From IMG/VR virus record IMGVR_UViG_3300022468_000500: 64,000 nt of DNA, one strand, 5' to 3'. The position numbers were made by a program, and so were the translations under genes. Every line of letters starts with the position of its first letter. Position 1 is the first letter of the stretch. Positions 63,657 through 64,000 of the stretch are shown here, one piece after another. This DNA comes from a virus. Its lineage: Duplodnaviria; Heunggongvirae; Uroviricota; Caudoviricetes. The notes under the pieces were generated by a model. That model saw nothing but the letters and a program-made list of their open reading frames with translations. It had not been told where the DNA came from and searched no databases.

Positions 63657-64000
63657 TGTCATTTAATCTAATCCGTAATAGTCGTGTATTCTTCACGACT
63701 AACGTGAATGCGGAAACTGGTGTAGTTAATACTACTGGTTTCCTGCCAACTAACACTCGTGAAATTCAAGTGCTAGACGGTTTTAGTTTCAGTCAGAATA
63801 CGACAAGTGAAACTGTTACGCTAAACGAAGCAGGTGCGCTACCTGTTCGTGGTCAGCGTTCCTTCAACACCGCTCTAGAACCCGTGGACTTCAGCTTCTC
63901 TACTTATATGCGTCCTGCTGATGGTGGAGTTAACATTACAGCCGAAGAAAGCGTACTATGGAACTCACTACTAGGTACAGGTAATATTGGTGGTGCAGGT
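63657..64000 (+). CDS. partial CDS (N-terminal 114 codons), tail-tube-like candidate
   Basis: ATG at 63657 after RBS aaggaaatg; runs off the window end; position after head-completion genes. Confidence 0.3.

Noticed and set aside
1-64000. CRISPR arrays, integrase/recombinase or transposase genes
   Set aside because: I looked for regularly spaced direct repeats and for tyrosine/serine recombinase or DDE motifs and found none. The repeats at 44840-45110 are irregular, iteron-like and not CRISPR-like.

Overview
This window looks like part of a large virulent tailed-phage genome organised like T5 (Demerecviridae). From the sequence itself I can support three modules.

1-27050: an early block on the minus strand. 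It carries a large tRNA island with about 25 tRNA or tRNA-like genes, interleaved with small ORFs and homing endonucleases. It also encodes NAD+ salvage (NAMPT and NadM-Nudix), ADP-ribose-related genes (macro domain, Nudix, NADAR), an HD alarmone-hydrolase-like protein, a ClpP-like protease and a Ro60/TROVE-vWA (Rsr) ortholog. The Ro60 gene is flanked by tRNA-like and strongly structured noncoding elements that are candidate Y-RNAs.

27150-41724: a plus-strand block of small early genes. These include ThyX, a dCMP-deaminase-like protein, two phosphatases, a SleB-like hydrolase and a release-factor-domain protein that lacks GGQ. It also holds a six-member tandem paralog array (37530-39219).

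41725-45300: an ORF-poor, repeat-bearing spacer.

45300-52150: a module with distinctly higher GC, encoding T5 pre-early-like genes on the minus strand. These are a dmp-like HAD nucleotidase, a 576-aa A1-like metallophosphoesterase, A2-like HTH paralogs and SprT-like proteases. Repeated plus-strand promoter-hairpin-terminator cassettes are interspersed that may make small RNAs.

53990-64000: the start of the late module on the plus strand. It runs terminase small and large subunits, an HNH endonuclease, the portal, a fused prohead protease-scaffold-major capsid ORF, a connector, a GIY-YIG endonuclease and the start of a tail gene.

A conserved sigma70-like promoter (TTGATC-N17-TGTATAAT) recurs throughout, and rho-independent terminators punctuate the modules. 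tRNA identities and ends were derived by hand folding and are approximate.
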